A DNA stretch of 52,118 nt, taken from IMG/VR virus record IMGVR_UViG_3300043672_000030, positions 1 to 52,118 of that record. One strand, given 5' to 3'. The DNA comes from a virus. A program made the position numbers and the translations under genes. Under the pieces are notes generated by a model. That model had not been told where the DNA came from. It searched no databases and saw nothing but the letters and a program-made list of their open reading frames with translations. Of this stretch, positions 25,803 through 33,251 are shown one piece after another (position 1 is the stretch's first letter; the number at the start of each line of letters is the position of its first letter).

Positions 25803-26836
25803 CGGACAAAATCCTCACCAACGCTGCCCTCTCCGCCCTGCAAGCCCGACAGGACTCTTTACTGTTGGAGTGGTGGGCGGGCCTGAAAGACGCCGAAACC
25901 ACCCCCATGCCACCCCCCGACCCGAAACCCACCGGGCGGGGGTGGTTGTCGGGTGTCGCGGACGGTGTCGACATCATCACCGGGTGGCCTGCGTTCCGGG
26001 GCTCCCCCACCACGTACGCCCGGGTGTGGGCGGACTCCGACCGCTCAAACATGGACAACCTGTGGGCTTTACAGGACCTGTCGAAAACCGGGTACTCGGG
26101 TGTCCTCGACCTAGCTGTGGGTGGGCCTACCGACTGGGCGTCCGCCGCGACCGGCGGATACGACAGTGTGTGGGCGGGGCAGTGCCGTAAAGCGTTCCAG
26201 TTCTACGGCAACCTCAAACAACTCCACCTGTCCATGGCCCACGAATTCAACGGCAACTGGTACCCGTGGTCGGTGTCCCCCGGCCAACAGGCCAACTTCC
26301 GGACCGCGTACGCCCGCTGGTACCGGATTGTCCAGGCCGAACTCGTCGCCAAAGGCAAGAACGTCAAGGTGGTGTTGCCGTGTAACTCCGACACCACCCA
26401 AGGGTGGACCCTGGCGGACGGGCTCCCCGCCCCGACGTCGTTCGACATCCTGGGCTGCGATTTCTACTCGATGTGGCCACCGCTTGCGAACCAGAAAGAC
26501 TGGGACGCCAACTATTACAGCATGAAAGGGGATGTCCCCCGAGGCATCGGGTCGTGGATGTGGTTGGCGAAAGACCTGAAGAAACCCCTCCAGTTTGGGG
26601 AGTGGGGGCTCAACCCCAACCAACCCAACAACACCGTCGATAACCCGTACTTCATCCAGAAAATGCGGGCCCTGTTCGCGTCGATCGCCCCCACCGACCC
26701 GTACAACCCGGGGCCGGGGGAGTTGGCCGGGGAAGCGTACTTCAACAACTACCCCACCAACGGTCGCCTGTTCCCCACCACCACCGCCCCCCAATCCCGC
26801 ACCGCCTACCTAGGTTTGAAGTGGGGGACGGTATGA
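25799..26836 (+). CDS. Clan GH-A glycoside hydrolase, GH26-like
   Basis: 345 aa. Motifs seen: LSMAHEFNGNWYPW (acid/base Glu context) and LQFGEWGLN (nucleophile Glu context). No signal peptide is visible. Confidence 0.55.
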   Translation: MTDKILTNAALSALQARQDSLLLEWWAGLKDAETTPMPPPDPKPTGRGWLSGVADGVDIITGWPAFRGSPTTYARVWADSDRSNMDNLWALQDLSKTGYSGVLDLAVGGPTDWASAATGGYDSVWAGQCRKAFQFYGNLKQLHLSMAHEFNGNWYPWSVSPGQQANFRTAYARWYRIVQAELVAKGKNVKVVLPCNSDTTQGWTLADGLPAPTSFDILGCDFYSMWPPLANQKDWDANYYSMKGDVPRGIGSWMWLAKDLKKPLQFGEWGLNPNQPNNTVDNPYFIQKMRALFASIAPTDPYNPGPGELAGEAYFNNYPTNGRLFPTTTAPQSRTAYLGLKWGTV

Positions 26837-27051
26837 GCCGGTGGATTGATCGGGCCCACATCGGCGACGGAATCGTGATTCACCGGAACGATCCGGCCAC
26901 CGGAAACCAGGAGTCCATCACCGGAATCATCACCGGGATACGGACATCCGACCACCTCATCGACGAAGCCACGTACGGGTGGATTTTCGATCTCAGCCCG
27001 TGGGGGGTCAGCGTCGAGATCCACCCGAACGATGAGGTGGAGTTCGGATGA
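26833..27051 (+). CDS. Hypothetical protein
   Basis: 72 aa. ATGA overlap. Confidence 0.45.
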   Translation: MSRWIDRAHIGDGIVIHRNDPATGNQESITGIITGIRTSDHLIDEATYGWIFDLSPWGVSVEIHPNDEVEFG

Positions 27052-27164
27052 GTGAGATCACCCTGCTCCACGTCATCCTGTGCGCGGTTGGTGGGGTGGC
27101 CGCCGGTCAAACCCTCATCGCCGGTGCCCTTTTGGTGCTGAAACGGCGAGAACGCCAACGGTAG
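27048..27164 (+). CDS. Small membrane protein (38 aa)
   Basis: ATGA overlap. One TM followed by KRRERQR. It is the last + gene before the terminator. Confidence 0.35.
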   Translation: MSEITLLHVILCAVGGVAAGQTLIAGALLVLKRRERQR

Positions 27165-27173
27165 ACGACAAAA

Positions 27174-27210
27174 CAGCGGGCCCCCGGCTACTCCGACCGG
27201 GGGCCCGCTG
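27174..27210. terminator. Bidirectional terminator hairpin (14-bp perfect stem)
   Basis: cagcgggcccccgg-ctactccga-ccgggggcccgctg, located between convergent genes. Confidence 0.7.
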
Positions 27211-27226
27211 CGGGAATGAAGGAAAG

Positions 27227-27598
27227 TTAGCCGACCGGCGGGCGGGGCCCCTCGACCGGCGGCACCGGAACCCGCCCGGACGACCGCCGGGTGACCGGGT
27301 CTGTACGGTGCGAGGTTGGGTTCTGCGGGCCTAACCCCCCCTCCCCAACGGGTTGGCTGGGGATGTGTCCGTTCGTTGGGGAGACGGAATCGTCGCTGGT
27401 CCGGGGGGTGTCGATACGGCGGCGGCGCTGGTTCGGGCGGACTCGGGCGTAGTGGCGGAGGACGTCTTCACGCCAGATCGTTCCGCAGTCCAGAACGTCC
27501 TCCGGCGCCGGGAACCCGGGTTCTTGAACCAGCCGGTACCAGCGGGCGGCGCTGACTCCGAGGATCCGTTGTCCTTCAGCGGCTCCGGCGAGTTTCAT
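27227..27598 (-). CDS. Excisionase/MerR-like (HTH_17) DNA-binding protein with disordered tail, the only minus-strand gene
   Basis: Start taken at ATG 27598. The HTH region is QRILGVSAARWYRLVQEPGFPAP. The C-terminal half is Pro/Arg/Ser-rich. Confidence 0.65.
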   Translation of the reverse strand: MKLAGAAEGQRILGVSAARWYRLVQEPGFPAPEDVLDCGTIWREDVLRHYARVRPNQRRRRIDTPRTSDDSVSPTNGHIPSQPVGEGGLGPQNPTSHRTDPVTRRSSGRVPVPPVEGPRPPVG

Positions 27599-27605
27599 GG
27601 GTCTA

Positions 27606-27634
27606 AGGCTAGGTCCGGGTAGACGAGTAGACAA
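27606..27634 (-). promoter_or_regulatory. Minus-strand promoter TTGTCT-N17-TAGCCT, leaderless for 27598
   Basis: Read on the reverse complement. The -10 ends 7 nt before the ATG. It overlaps promoter B back to back. Confidence 0.4.
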
Positions 27635-27642
27635 GTAGAGGG
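27619..27642. repeat. Three tandem 8-mers GTAGACGA GTAGACAA GTAGAGGG (operator-like)
   Basis: Seen directly in the sequence. It lies within the divergent promoter region. Confidence 0.6.
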
Positions 27643-27657
27643 ATTATCTCCTAAGGT
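27628..27657 (+). promoter_or_regulatory. Promoter B: TAGACA-N18-TAAGGT
   Basis: Same octamer, spacing and -10 hexamer as site A. It lies upstream of 27712. Confidence 0.5.
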
Positions 27658-27711
27658 CGTGTTGTTATCCGAAACGGACTACCGCCCGCCTCCCCCCGAA
27701 GGGACCCGATC

Positions 27712-27870
27712 ATGAACGGTCAGCCACGCAAACGCGGTGCCGCCGCGAAAGTCCTCGACTACCTCATCACCCACCCCGACACCACCCTCACCATTGACCT
27801 CCTGGTCCGCGAACTCCGCCTCCAGCGCTCCACTGTCACCGCCAGTGTCGCCCGCTTCGTGAACACGTGA
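27712..27870 (+). CDS. Small winged-helix-like protein (52 aa)
   Basis: ATG follows CCCCCCGAAGGGA. It is the first gene of the right-hand early block. Confidence 0.5.
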   Translation: MNGQPRKRGAAAKVLDYLITHPDTTLTIDLLVRELRLQRSTVTASVARFVNT

Positions 27871-28136
27871 ACACGTACCCCGAATTCGAACGCCGCGCCC
27901 AAGGTGTCTACCGGTGGAACACCGTCACCACCGAAAACGGGGCCGTCCCCGCCTTGAACAACGCTGTGGGCGGCGTCCTGCGGGACTTCGTCGACGTCCC
28001 CCGATCCCCCGCCCTGCCCACCAACCCGGACGATGAAGAAATCCTCATCACCGTCGTCTCCAGGCGCGGAGACGCACGACTGGTCCGCGACACCGCCGAC
28101 GGAACCCTGTACACCCTCACCCCCTTCGAGTTCTGA
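27867..28136 (+). CDS. Hypothetical protein
   Basis: 89 aa. GTGA overlap. Confidence 0.5.
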   Translation: MNTYPEFERRAQGVYRWNTVTTENGAVPALNNAVGGVLRDFVDVPRSPALPTNPDDEEILITVVSRRGDARLVRDTADGTLYTLTPFEF

Positions 28137-28441
28137 TGAGCGAATTCTGGTACCGGGTCAACGTTTTCGTTGCCCAGTACACCGCCCCCGAACCCCCACC
28201 CCCCGCCGATGCCCCGGTGACGTTCTGGTACCGGATCAACAGCGTCTCCGCCGTCGTGGCCGGGTTGTTCCGCCGCAACCTTGTCCCCGGCCCCGGCGCC
28301 ACCGCCATGACCGACCCGGACTACTTCCGCACCCCCCGCCCCTGGTGGGACCAACGCGGCATCCCCAACGCCACCGAACCCGAACAACCCGAACACCTTG
28401 ACCTGACCGACTTGGATCTCCTCCACCGAAGGGAATGGTGA
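28136..28441 (+). CDS. Hypothetical protein
   Basis: 101 aa. Confidence 0.5.
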   Translation: MSEFWYRVNVFVAQYTAPEPPPPADAPVTFWYRINSVSAVVAGLFRRNLVPGPGATAMTDPDYFRTPRPWWDQRGIPNATEPEQPEHLDLTDLDLLHRREW

Positions 28442-28752
28442 CCATGCTGAAGTTCCAGCCCGCCCCCCACACCGACCACATCACCGCCGACGGAACCGAA
28501 CTCACGAAACTCCCCTACCCGGTGTACGCCGATAAGGACGGCATAGGCCAACTCGGAACCGAACCCATCGCCGTCATCGGTTTCGTTGCCGATCTCTCCC
28601 GTCAACAAGTTGACCTACGGTGGGCCGACATGGCTGACCCGCAGCAAGCCGTCGGCCAATACATCATCATCCGTAAGGACACGCTCGGTGACGAGTGTGG
28701 CCGTTGGGCCACACTCGCCCCCGCGATCGCGTCCGTGACAGAGGTGAACTGA
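28435..28752 (+). CDS. Hypothetical protein
   Basis: 105 aa. An alternative ATG is at 28445. Confidence 0.5.
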   Translation: MVTMLKFQPAPHTDHITADGTELTKLPYPVYADKDGIGQLGTEPIAVIGFVADLSRQQVDLRWADMADPQQAVGQYIIIRKDTLGDECGRWATLAPAIASVTEVN

Positions 28753-28931
28753 TGTTCATCCGGGTCACCACCGGCGCGGACCACACCGAACGCTGGGTTA
28801 ACGTCGACCGGATCCAGCTCATGGATCCGGGATCGTTCGCGCATCCCGGGGCCGTCCTCACCCTTACCGCCGGCTCACGTATCCACTGCCACGAAACTCC
28901 CTCCGAACTGATCGAGGGGGGTCTGTCGTGA
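28752..28931 (+). CDS. Hypothetical protein (59 aa)
   Basis: Start overlaps the upstream stop. Confidence 0.4.
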   Translation: MFIRVTTGADHTERWVNVDRIQLMDPGSFAHPGAVLTLTAGSRIHCHETPSELIEGGLS

Positions 28932-29272
28932 ACGCCCTGCCGCACGCCCAGCGTCCGTGTGCGGAGTGTCCGTGGCGTAAGGACGTCCCGGTCGGGAAGT
29001 TCGCTCCGGCCCGGTACGAGGCGCTGCGGGAAACTGCCGGGCACCCCGGCGCGGAAGCCGGGTTGGACGCGCCGGTGTTCGCGTGTCACATCAGCGAAGC
29101 CGGGAAGGACCGGGCGTGCGCGGGGTGGCTTGCACAAGCCGGTATCGAGCATCTCGGGATCCGCTTCGCCGTCGCAACCGGTCGGCTTCCCGCGCACATG
29201 CTGGCCCCGAAACCGGGGTGGCCGGACTTGTACGACGATTACGAGGCGATGGCCGAAGCGAACGAGGAGTAA
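28928..29272 (+). CDS. Cys-rich hypothetical protein (CAECPW motif)
   Basis: 114 aa. Resembles a family seen in actinomycetes, from recollection only. Confidence 0.5.
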   Translation: MNALPHAQRPCAECPWRKDVPVGKFAPARYEALRETAGHPGAEAGLDAPVFACHISEAGKDRACAGWLAQAGIEHLGIRFAVATGRLPAHMLAPKPGWPDLYDDYEAMAEANEE

Positions 29273-29285
29273 AGGAGTCGAGAGA

Positions 29286-29519
29286 GTGAGCGATCTGGTG
29301 TGGGTGAAGTCGTCGTTTTCGAACGCTAGTTGTGTGGAGGTTGCCGCCGACAACGGTCGGGTGGCGGTGCGGGATTCGAAGGACCCGGACGGGGGGACGC
29401 TGCTGTACACGGGGGCGGAGTGGCGGGCGTTTTTGGCGGGAGTGCGTAACGGCGAGTTCGATCACCTTCCCGATGGGGGGGGGTTGACCTGCGGTTATGC
29501 CCCGTTTCCGGCCTGGTGA
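29286..29519 (+). CDS. DUF397-like protein
   Basis: The motif WVKSSFSN..CVEVA...VAVRDSKDPDG..L.....W.AF is typical of Streptomyces DUF397. AAAGGAG SD. Confidence 0.65.
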   Translation: MSDLVWVKSSFSNASCVEVAADNGRVAVRDSKDPDGGTLLYTGAEWRAFLAGVRNGEFDHLPDGGGLTCGYAPFPAW

Positions 29520-29572
29520 GATCGGGGTCGGAAACGGGGCCTCCCGGGGAGCTGTAGTCCCGGAATTTTCTG

Positions 29573-29588
29573 AAACCGGTACCGGTTT
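29573..29588. repeat. Perfect 16-bp palindrome AAACCGGTACCGGTTT
   Basis: Lies immediately upstream of promoter C. It could be an operator or a hairpin. Confidence 0.6.
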
Positions 29589-29592
29589 ACAG

Positions 29593-29622
29593 TAGACAGG
29601 AAGACAAGTCATCTACTACAGT
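29593..29622 (+). promoter_or_regulatory. Promoter C: TAGACA-N18-TACAGT
   Basis: Shares AGTAGACA and the spacing with sites A and B. It lies upstream of 29662. Confidence 0.45.
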
Positions 29623-29661
29623 AAGTCCTGTAAGTAAGACATACCGACCGGAGGCCCCGCC

Positions 29662-29859
29662 ATGAACTTCCCCACCGCCACCCGCACCGCCGCCAGCAAC
29701 TACACCCGAGGCACCACCACCAACCAGACCAAAGCGGCGGCCGTCCAAACCACCGCCAACCAGGTCCTTCACCCCGCCGCCGACACCGACCTGTGGACCG
29801 CCGCGATGAACGCTCTCCTGTTCCTCACCGCCGATCTCGGCCCCTCCATCAACGCCTAA
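29662..29859 (+). CDS. Hypothetical protein
   Basis: 65 aa, GGAGG SD. Confidence 0.5.
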   Translation: MNFPTATRTAASNYTRGTTTNQTKAAAVQTTANQVLHPAADTDLWTAAMNALLFLTADLGPSINA

Positions 29860-29865
29860 CCCCCC

Positions 29866-29891
29866 GGGCCGGGGGCGGTTGCCCCCGGCCC
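29866..29891 (+). terminator. GC hairpin (11-bp stem, GGUU loop)
   Basis: gggccgggggc-ggtt-gcccccggccc. No U tract. Confidence 0.45.
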
Positions 29892-29916
29892 CACCCTCCC
29901 CGAAGGAGCAATCGAG

Positions 29917-30126
29917 ATGGTCACCAAGCAGGTAGCCCGCAGGTTCCGTGCGCAGCTCCGTCAGCTGGGTCTGTTCGTTGAAGCTCCCGCGTGGGGCGAG
30001 GGCCTCGCAGCGATCGAAGTGCGCAGCGATAGCGATGTCGATGCCGCTCTCGAAATCCTGGGCCAGGTCCAGCACCTGGACATCGTCAAGATCACGGCTA
30101 CCCGCATTTTCGTCGACGCCGTTTAG
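29917..30126 (+). CDS. Hypothetical protein
   Basis: 69 aa. ATG follows CCCCGAAGGAG. Confidence 0.5.
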   Translation: MVTKQVARRFRAQLRQLGLFVEAPAWGEGLAAIEVRSDSDVDAALEILGQVQHLDIVKITATRIFVDAV

Positions 30127-30197
30127 TTCCTGCCCGTCGCAAGTCCACCTCATCCCCCGTGCAGCGCGCAAAGCCCGCCGCCCCGAAGGAGCCCGCC

Positions 30198-30491
30198 ATG
30201 ACCACCTCAGCCCTCACCGTCGTCGACGTCCTGTACTCCGTCCCGGTCCCGGGACTCGACGTCCGGGCACTCGCCAGCACCCGCGTCACCCTCGGCCGGT
30301 ACACGTTCGGCGACCCGTCCGTCAGAACCACCACCGTCGACGACATCCCGACCATCATCGAACTCCGACGCGGATACCAGCCCGGAACCGTCAAGGTCGT
30401 CAAGGTCGTCAAGGTCGCCAGTCTCGACCCGACCGGCCGCTACGAAGACGACACGGCCGACGCCGAAATGAACGACCGCCCAGCTCTATAA
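30198..30491 (+). CDS. Hypothetical protein with VKVVKVVKV repeat
   Basis: ATG follows CCCCGAAGGAG. 97 aa. Confidence 0.5.
   Translation: MTTSALTVVDVLYSVPVPGLDVRALASTRVTLGRYTFGDPSVRTTTVDDIPTIIELRRGYQPGTVKVVKVVKVASLDPTGRYEDDTADAEMNDRPAL
30391..30417 (+). repeat. 9-bp tandem repeat x3 (tcaaggtcg), in frame
   Basis: Seen directly in the sequence. Confidence 0.85.
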
Positions 30492-30498
30492 CCCGCCC

Positions 30499-30526
30499 CG
30501 GCGGCCGGTCACCCGACCGGCCGCCG
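30499..30526 (+). terminator. GC hairpin (12-bp perfect stem)
   Basis: cggcggccggtc-accc-gaccggccgccg. Confidence 0.45.
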
Positions 30527-30555
30527 ACCTCCCCCCGAAGGGAAAACCCACCGCC

Positions 30556-30954
30556 ATGAGCCTCGACTACGACCTCACCGCCACATCCCTCCCTACCGAC
30601 GACGACGGCGGGCGAATCTGGACTCTCGCCACCGAATACCTGATCTTCGCGACCATAAGTGTCGGCATCGGTGACCTGTCCGCAAAGAACGCCCCCGAGT
30701 TCTACGCCCGGTTGCAGATCATCCAAGACATGGACCAGGTCATCCCGGCCCGGCGTGTCAACGCCGCCGACATCACCCAACACATCGGCCTGAAAACCAA
30801 CGTCACCGGCGAAACCCGGGCCCACTGGTTGAAGCGGGTTGTCGGGTCGCAGATGGACCGAGAAGCAGCGAACTTCACCGCCGCCGCCGACCGCGAAGAC
30901 CCCCGCCCCCCGCTCCTCCGGGGCACCGACCGCACCCCCGAAGGGAAGTACTGA
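30556..30954 (+). CDS. Hypothetical protein
   Basis: 132 aa. ATG follows CCCCCCGAAGGGA. Confidence 0.5.
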   Translation: MSLDYDLTATSLPTDDDGGRIWTLATEYLIFATISVGIGDLSAKNAPEFYARLQIIQDMDQVIPARRVNAADITQHIGLKTNVTGETRAHWLKRVVGSQMDREAANFTAAADREDPRPPLLRGTDRTPEGKY

Positions 30955-30956
30955 CC

Positions 30957-31559
30957 ATGAGCAAGCCCAAGGAAGTCGCCTACAACCGGGCCCACGGCCT
31001 CCCCGGCATGTACCCCGGCCGCCGGTTCACCGGCCAAGACGGAATCCTTACCGCCGCCGACAAGGAAGGCATCTACGGCACCCCCCGCGATCTGGATCAG
31101 TCCGACTACGAAGCGTCCGGTCGTGACGCCGAACAGGACGCCGAACAGCAGTCCTACAACCAGGGCGAGTTCGACTCCACCCACAACGAAATCGACGTCG
31201 CCCGACTCGCAACCGAACAGGCATACCGGGAAGGCGTCGCCTCCACCCTCACCGACCAAACCCCCCAAGAACCGGCCGCGATCGCCCGAAGGAGCTACTT
31301 CCCCGGTATCCCTAGCCCCGACGCCCCCACCCCCGCCCACGTCAGCCTCCAGGAGGTTTTAGCCCCGTACTACCGCACCCCCGAACAGGTCACCGCTGAC
31401 ACCGCCCGGGACGCCGTCGCCGCCCACGTCGCCCGGTTCGGTCCGGCCAGCGGCCGGGCGTTCGCGTTCGGGTACCTCTCCCAAGAGATCCTCACCTCCA
31501 CCACCACCACCGAAGCCCGAACCATCCACACCGGGCTAGAACAGGGACTCCGCCGATAG
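30957..31559 (+). CDS. Hypothetical protein
   Basis: 200 aa. ATG follows CCCCGAAGGGA. Confidence 0.5.
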   Translation: MSKPKEVAYNRAHGLPGMYPGRRFTGQDGILTAADKEGIYGTPRDLDQSDYEASGRDAEQDAEQQSYNQGEFDSTHNEIDVARLATEQAYREGVASTLTDQTPQEPAAIARRSYFPGIPSPDAPTPAHVSLQEVLAPYYRTPEQVTADTARDAVAAHVARFGPASGRAFAFGYLSQEILTSTTTTEARTIHTGLEQGLRR

Positions 31560-31568
31560 TCTCGACCG

Positions 31569-31590
31569 CCCCCCCGCCCCGGCGGGGGGG
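31569..31590 (+). terminator. GC hairpin (C7GCC / GGCG7)
   Basis: The arms 31569-31576 and 31583-31590 are complementary. Confidence 0.4.
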
Positions 31591-31596
31591 CCTTAC

Positions 31597-31697
31597 GCCC
31601 GGTTAGCTCAATGGTGGAGCGCCGTTTGCCGACGGCGGTGTTGGTGTCCTGGCGGGCCACTACCAACACTCACCAGGTTCGATTCCTGGACCGGGCA
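31597..31697 (+). tRNA. tRNA-like gene, non-canonical (aberrant anticodon loop, 34-nt extra arm)
   Basis: - Acceptor: gcccggt/accgggc, 7 bp, perfect.
- D arm: gctc-aatggtg-gagc.
- T arm: ccagg-ttcgatt-cctgg.
- Anticodon hairpin: gccgt-ttgccg-acggc, a 6-nt loop, or CCG with G33.
- Extra arm: 8-bp stem with a 14-nt loop. Confidence 0.5.
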
Positions 31698-31718
31698 CGC
31701 AACCCCCCACTCCCGAAG

Positions 31719-31916
31719 GTGTGTGTGCGATCTGCGCGAATCCACCCCAAGCGGAACCGACTGCATGTCGACCATGATCACGAGACAGGAAAGGTGCGAG
31801 GCATTCTGTGTGGCCCCTGTAACGGTGCCCTGCACTATCTCGAACGGAAAGACTGGCTAGACAACGCCAATCAGTACCTCGACCGCTTCCCGAAGGAGCA
31901 AAGACACCATGAGTAA
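31719..31916 (+). CDS. Endonuclease VII (core frame). The upstream CAIC knuckle is in another frame, so this may be a pseudogene or a recoded gene.
   Basis: The core motif is LHVDHDHETGKVRGILCGPCN. Frame 2 from GTG 31721 encodes VCAICANPP, which would join in frame if one C of CCCC (31745-31748) were skipped. Confidence 0.6.
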   Translation: MCVRSARIHPKRNRLHVDHDHETGKVRGILCGPCNGALHYLERKDWLDNANQYLDRFPKEQRHHE

Positions 31917-32967
31917 AGAAACTCTCAAGGCGCTAAATAGCAGCACGCTGATCGGGTTCACCGACCAGCGCGGCAACGCCTGGCACTACCGCAAGGCCGA
32001 ACAGGGCGCAGAGTCCAACCACTACCCGGGCGAGATCCCGGTGGAGGACGTCCGCCGCCGCCTGTTCGACTTCACCGTCGAACCGTGGGACGTGGCGGTG
32101 TCCCCGAAACTCCCCACCGACGCCGACCCCGCCGACCGGGAGTTCCGGCAGTGGTCCGCCGACCCGGACCGGGTGGCTTGGGTGCGTAGCGACACCGGTA
32201 AACCGATGGGGTACTTCAAATCCGGGTACCAAGGCCACCAGTACGGGGCGTGGCTGCTGGACACGATGGCGAAACTCGACCTTCCCGTCGGGTCAGCGGG
32301 TCTGCTGCGGGACGGAGCGATCGCCTGGGTTCAGGCCGAACTCCCCGAAAACGTGTCCGCCGGGGGAACCGGAATCAGCTTCCGCCCCAATCTTCTCAAC
32401 ACCACCTCGTTCGACGGGTCCGTGAAAACCACGTTCAAGAAAACGTTCACCGTCGTCGTCTGCGACAACACGTGGCGGATGGCGTTGGACGGGTCCGGCG
32501 CCGAGTTCGCCGTGTCCCACTCCCGGTACAGCCTCGACCGGTTGTCCGGCGCCGGTAGCGCACTCGGCCTCCTCGACAAAGCGGCCGTCGAGTTCACCGC
32601 CCACCTCGAAAACCTCACCCAGCAAGCCGTCAGCGACCGCCAGTGGGCCCGGTTCCTCGACCGGTGGGTACCCGTCACCAACGCCCACGGAACCGCGTTA
32701 ACGGGGCAAGCGTTGACGCACGCCACCAACAAACGGGACACCCTCAACACCCTGTGGAAGGACGACCCGCGCGTGGCCCCCTGGACCGGGACCGCGTTCG
32801 GTGTCGCCCAAGCCATCAACACCTTCACCCACCACAAAACCCGCGTCCACAAAGGCAACGACCGGGGCGAACGCAACACCCTCGCTACCGTCCTCGGCGA
32901 CACCGCCCGCGTTGACAACGACGCCCGCCGCGTCCTCACCGCCGTCCTCCAGGAGACATCATCATGA
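31909..32967 (+). CDS. DUF932-like phage/plasmid protein
   Basis: 352 aa. ATG follows CCCGAAGGAG. The overall resemblance is from recollection. Confidence 0.5.
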   Translation: MSKETLKALNSSTLIGFTDQRGNAWHYRKAEQGAESNHYPGEIPVEDVRRRLFDFTVEPWDVAVSPKLPTDADPADREFRQWSADPDRVAWVRSDTGKPMGYFKSGYQGHQYGAWLLDTMAKLDLPVGSAGLLRDGAIAWVQAELPENVSAGGTGISFRPNLLNTTSFDGSVKTTFKKTFTVVVCDNTWRMALDGSGAEFAVSHSRYSLDRLSGAGSALGLLDKAAVEFTAHLENLTQQAVSDRQWARFLDRWVPVTNAHGTALTGQALTHATNKRDTLNTLWKDDPRVAPWTGTAFGVAQAINTFTHHKTRVHKGNDRGERNTLATVLGDTARVDNDARRVLTAVLQETSS

Positions 32968-33245
32968 TCCACACCGAACCGCATCCACTCGCCGGTCAAA
33001 CCGTCACCGTCACCTTCCGCACCTACTACCCCGTAGCCGTCCGCACCGCAGAGTTCAAGGTCGAAGACTGGTGGGATCGGGTAGCCGGGAAAAGCTGGAT
33101 GAACTCCGACGGGAACCCGGCCGCCCTCCTGTACGCCGTCCGCTCCGCCGACGAAAACCTGCCCCTCGATGACGCCGTCGTATACGGGAAAATTGGGTGG
33201 CAAGGCGTCCTCTTCCACATCAGCGAAATCGCGGATCCCGCCTAA
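32964..33245 (+). CDS. Hypothetical protein
   Basis: 93 aa. ATGA overlap. Confidence 0.5.
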   Translation: MIHTEPHPLAGQTVTVTFRTYYPVAVRTAEFKVEDWWDRVAGKSWMNSDGNPAALLYAVRSADENLPLDDAVVYGKIGWQGVLFHISEIADPA

Positions 33246-33251
33246 CAAGTC

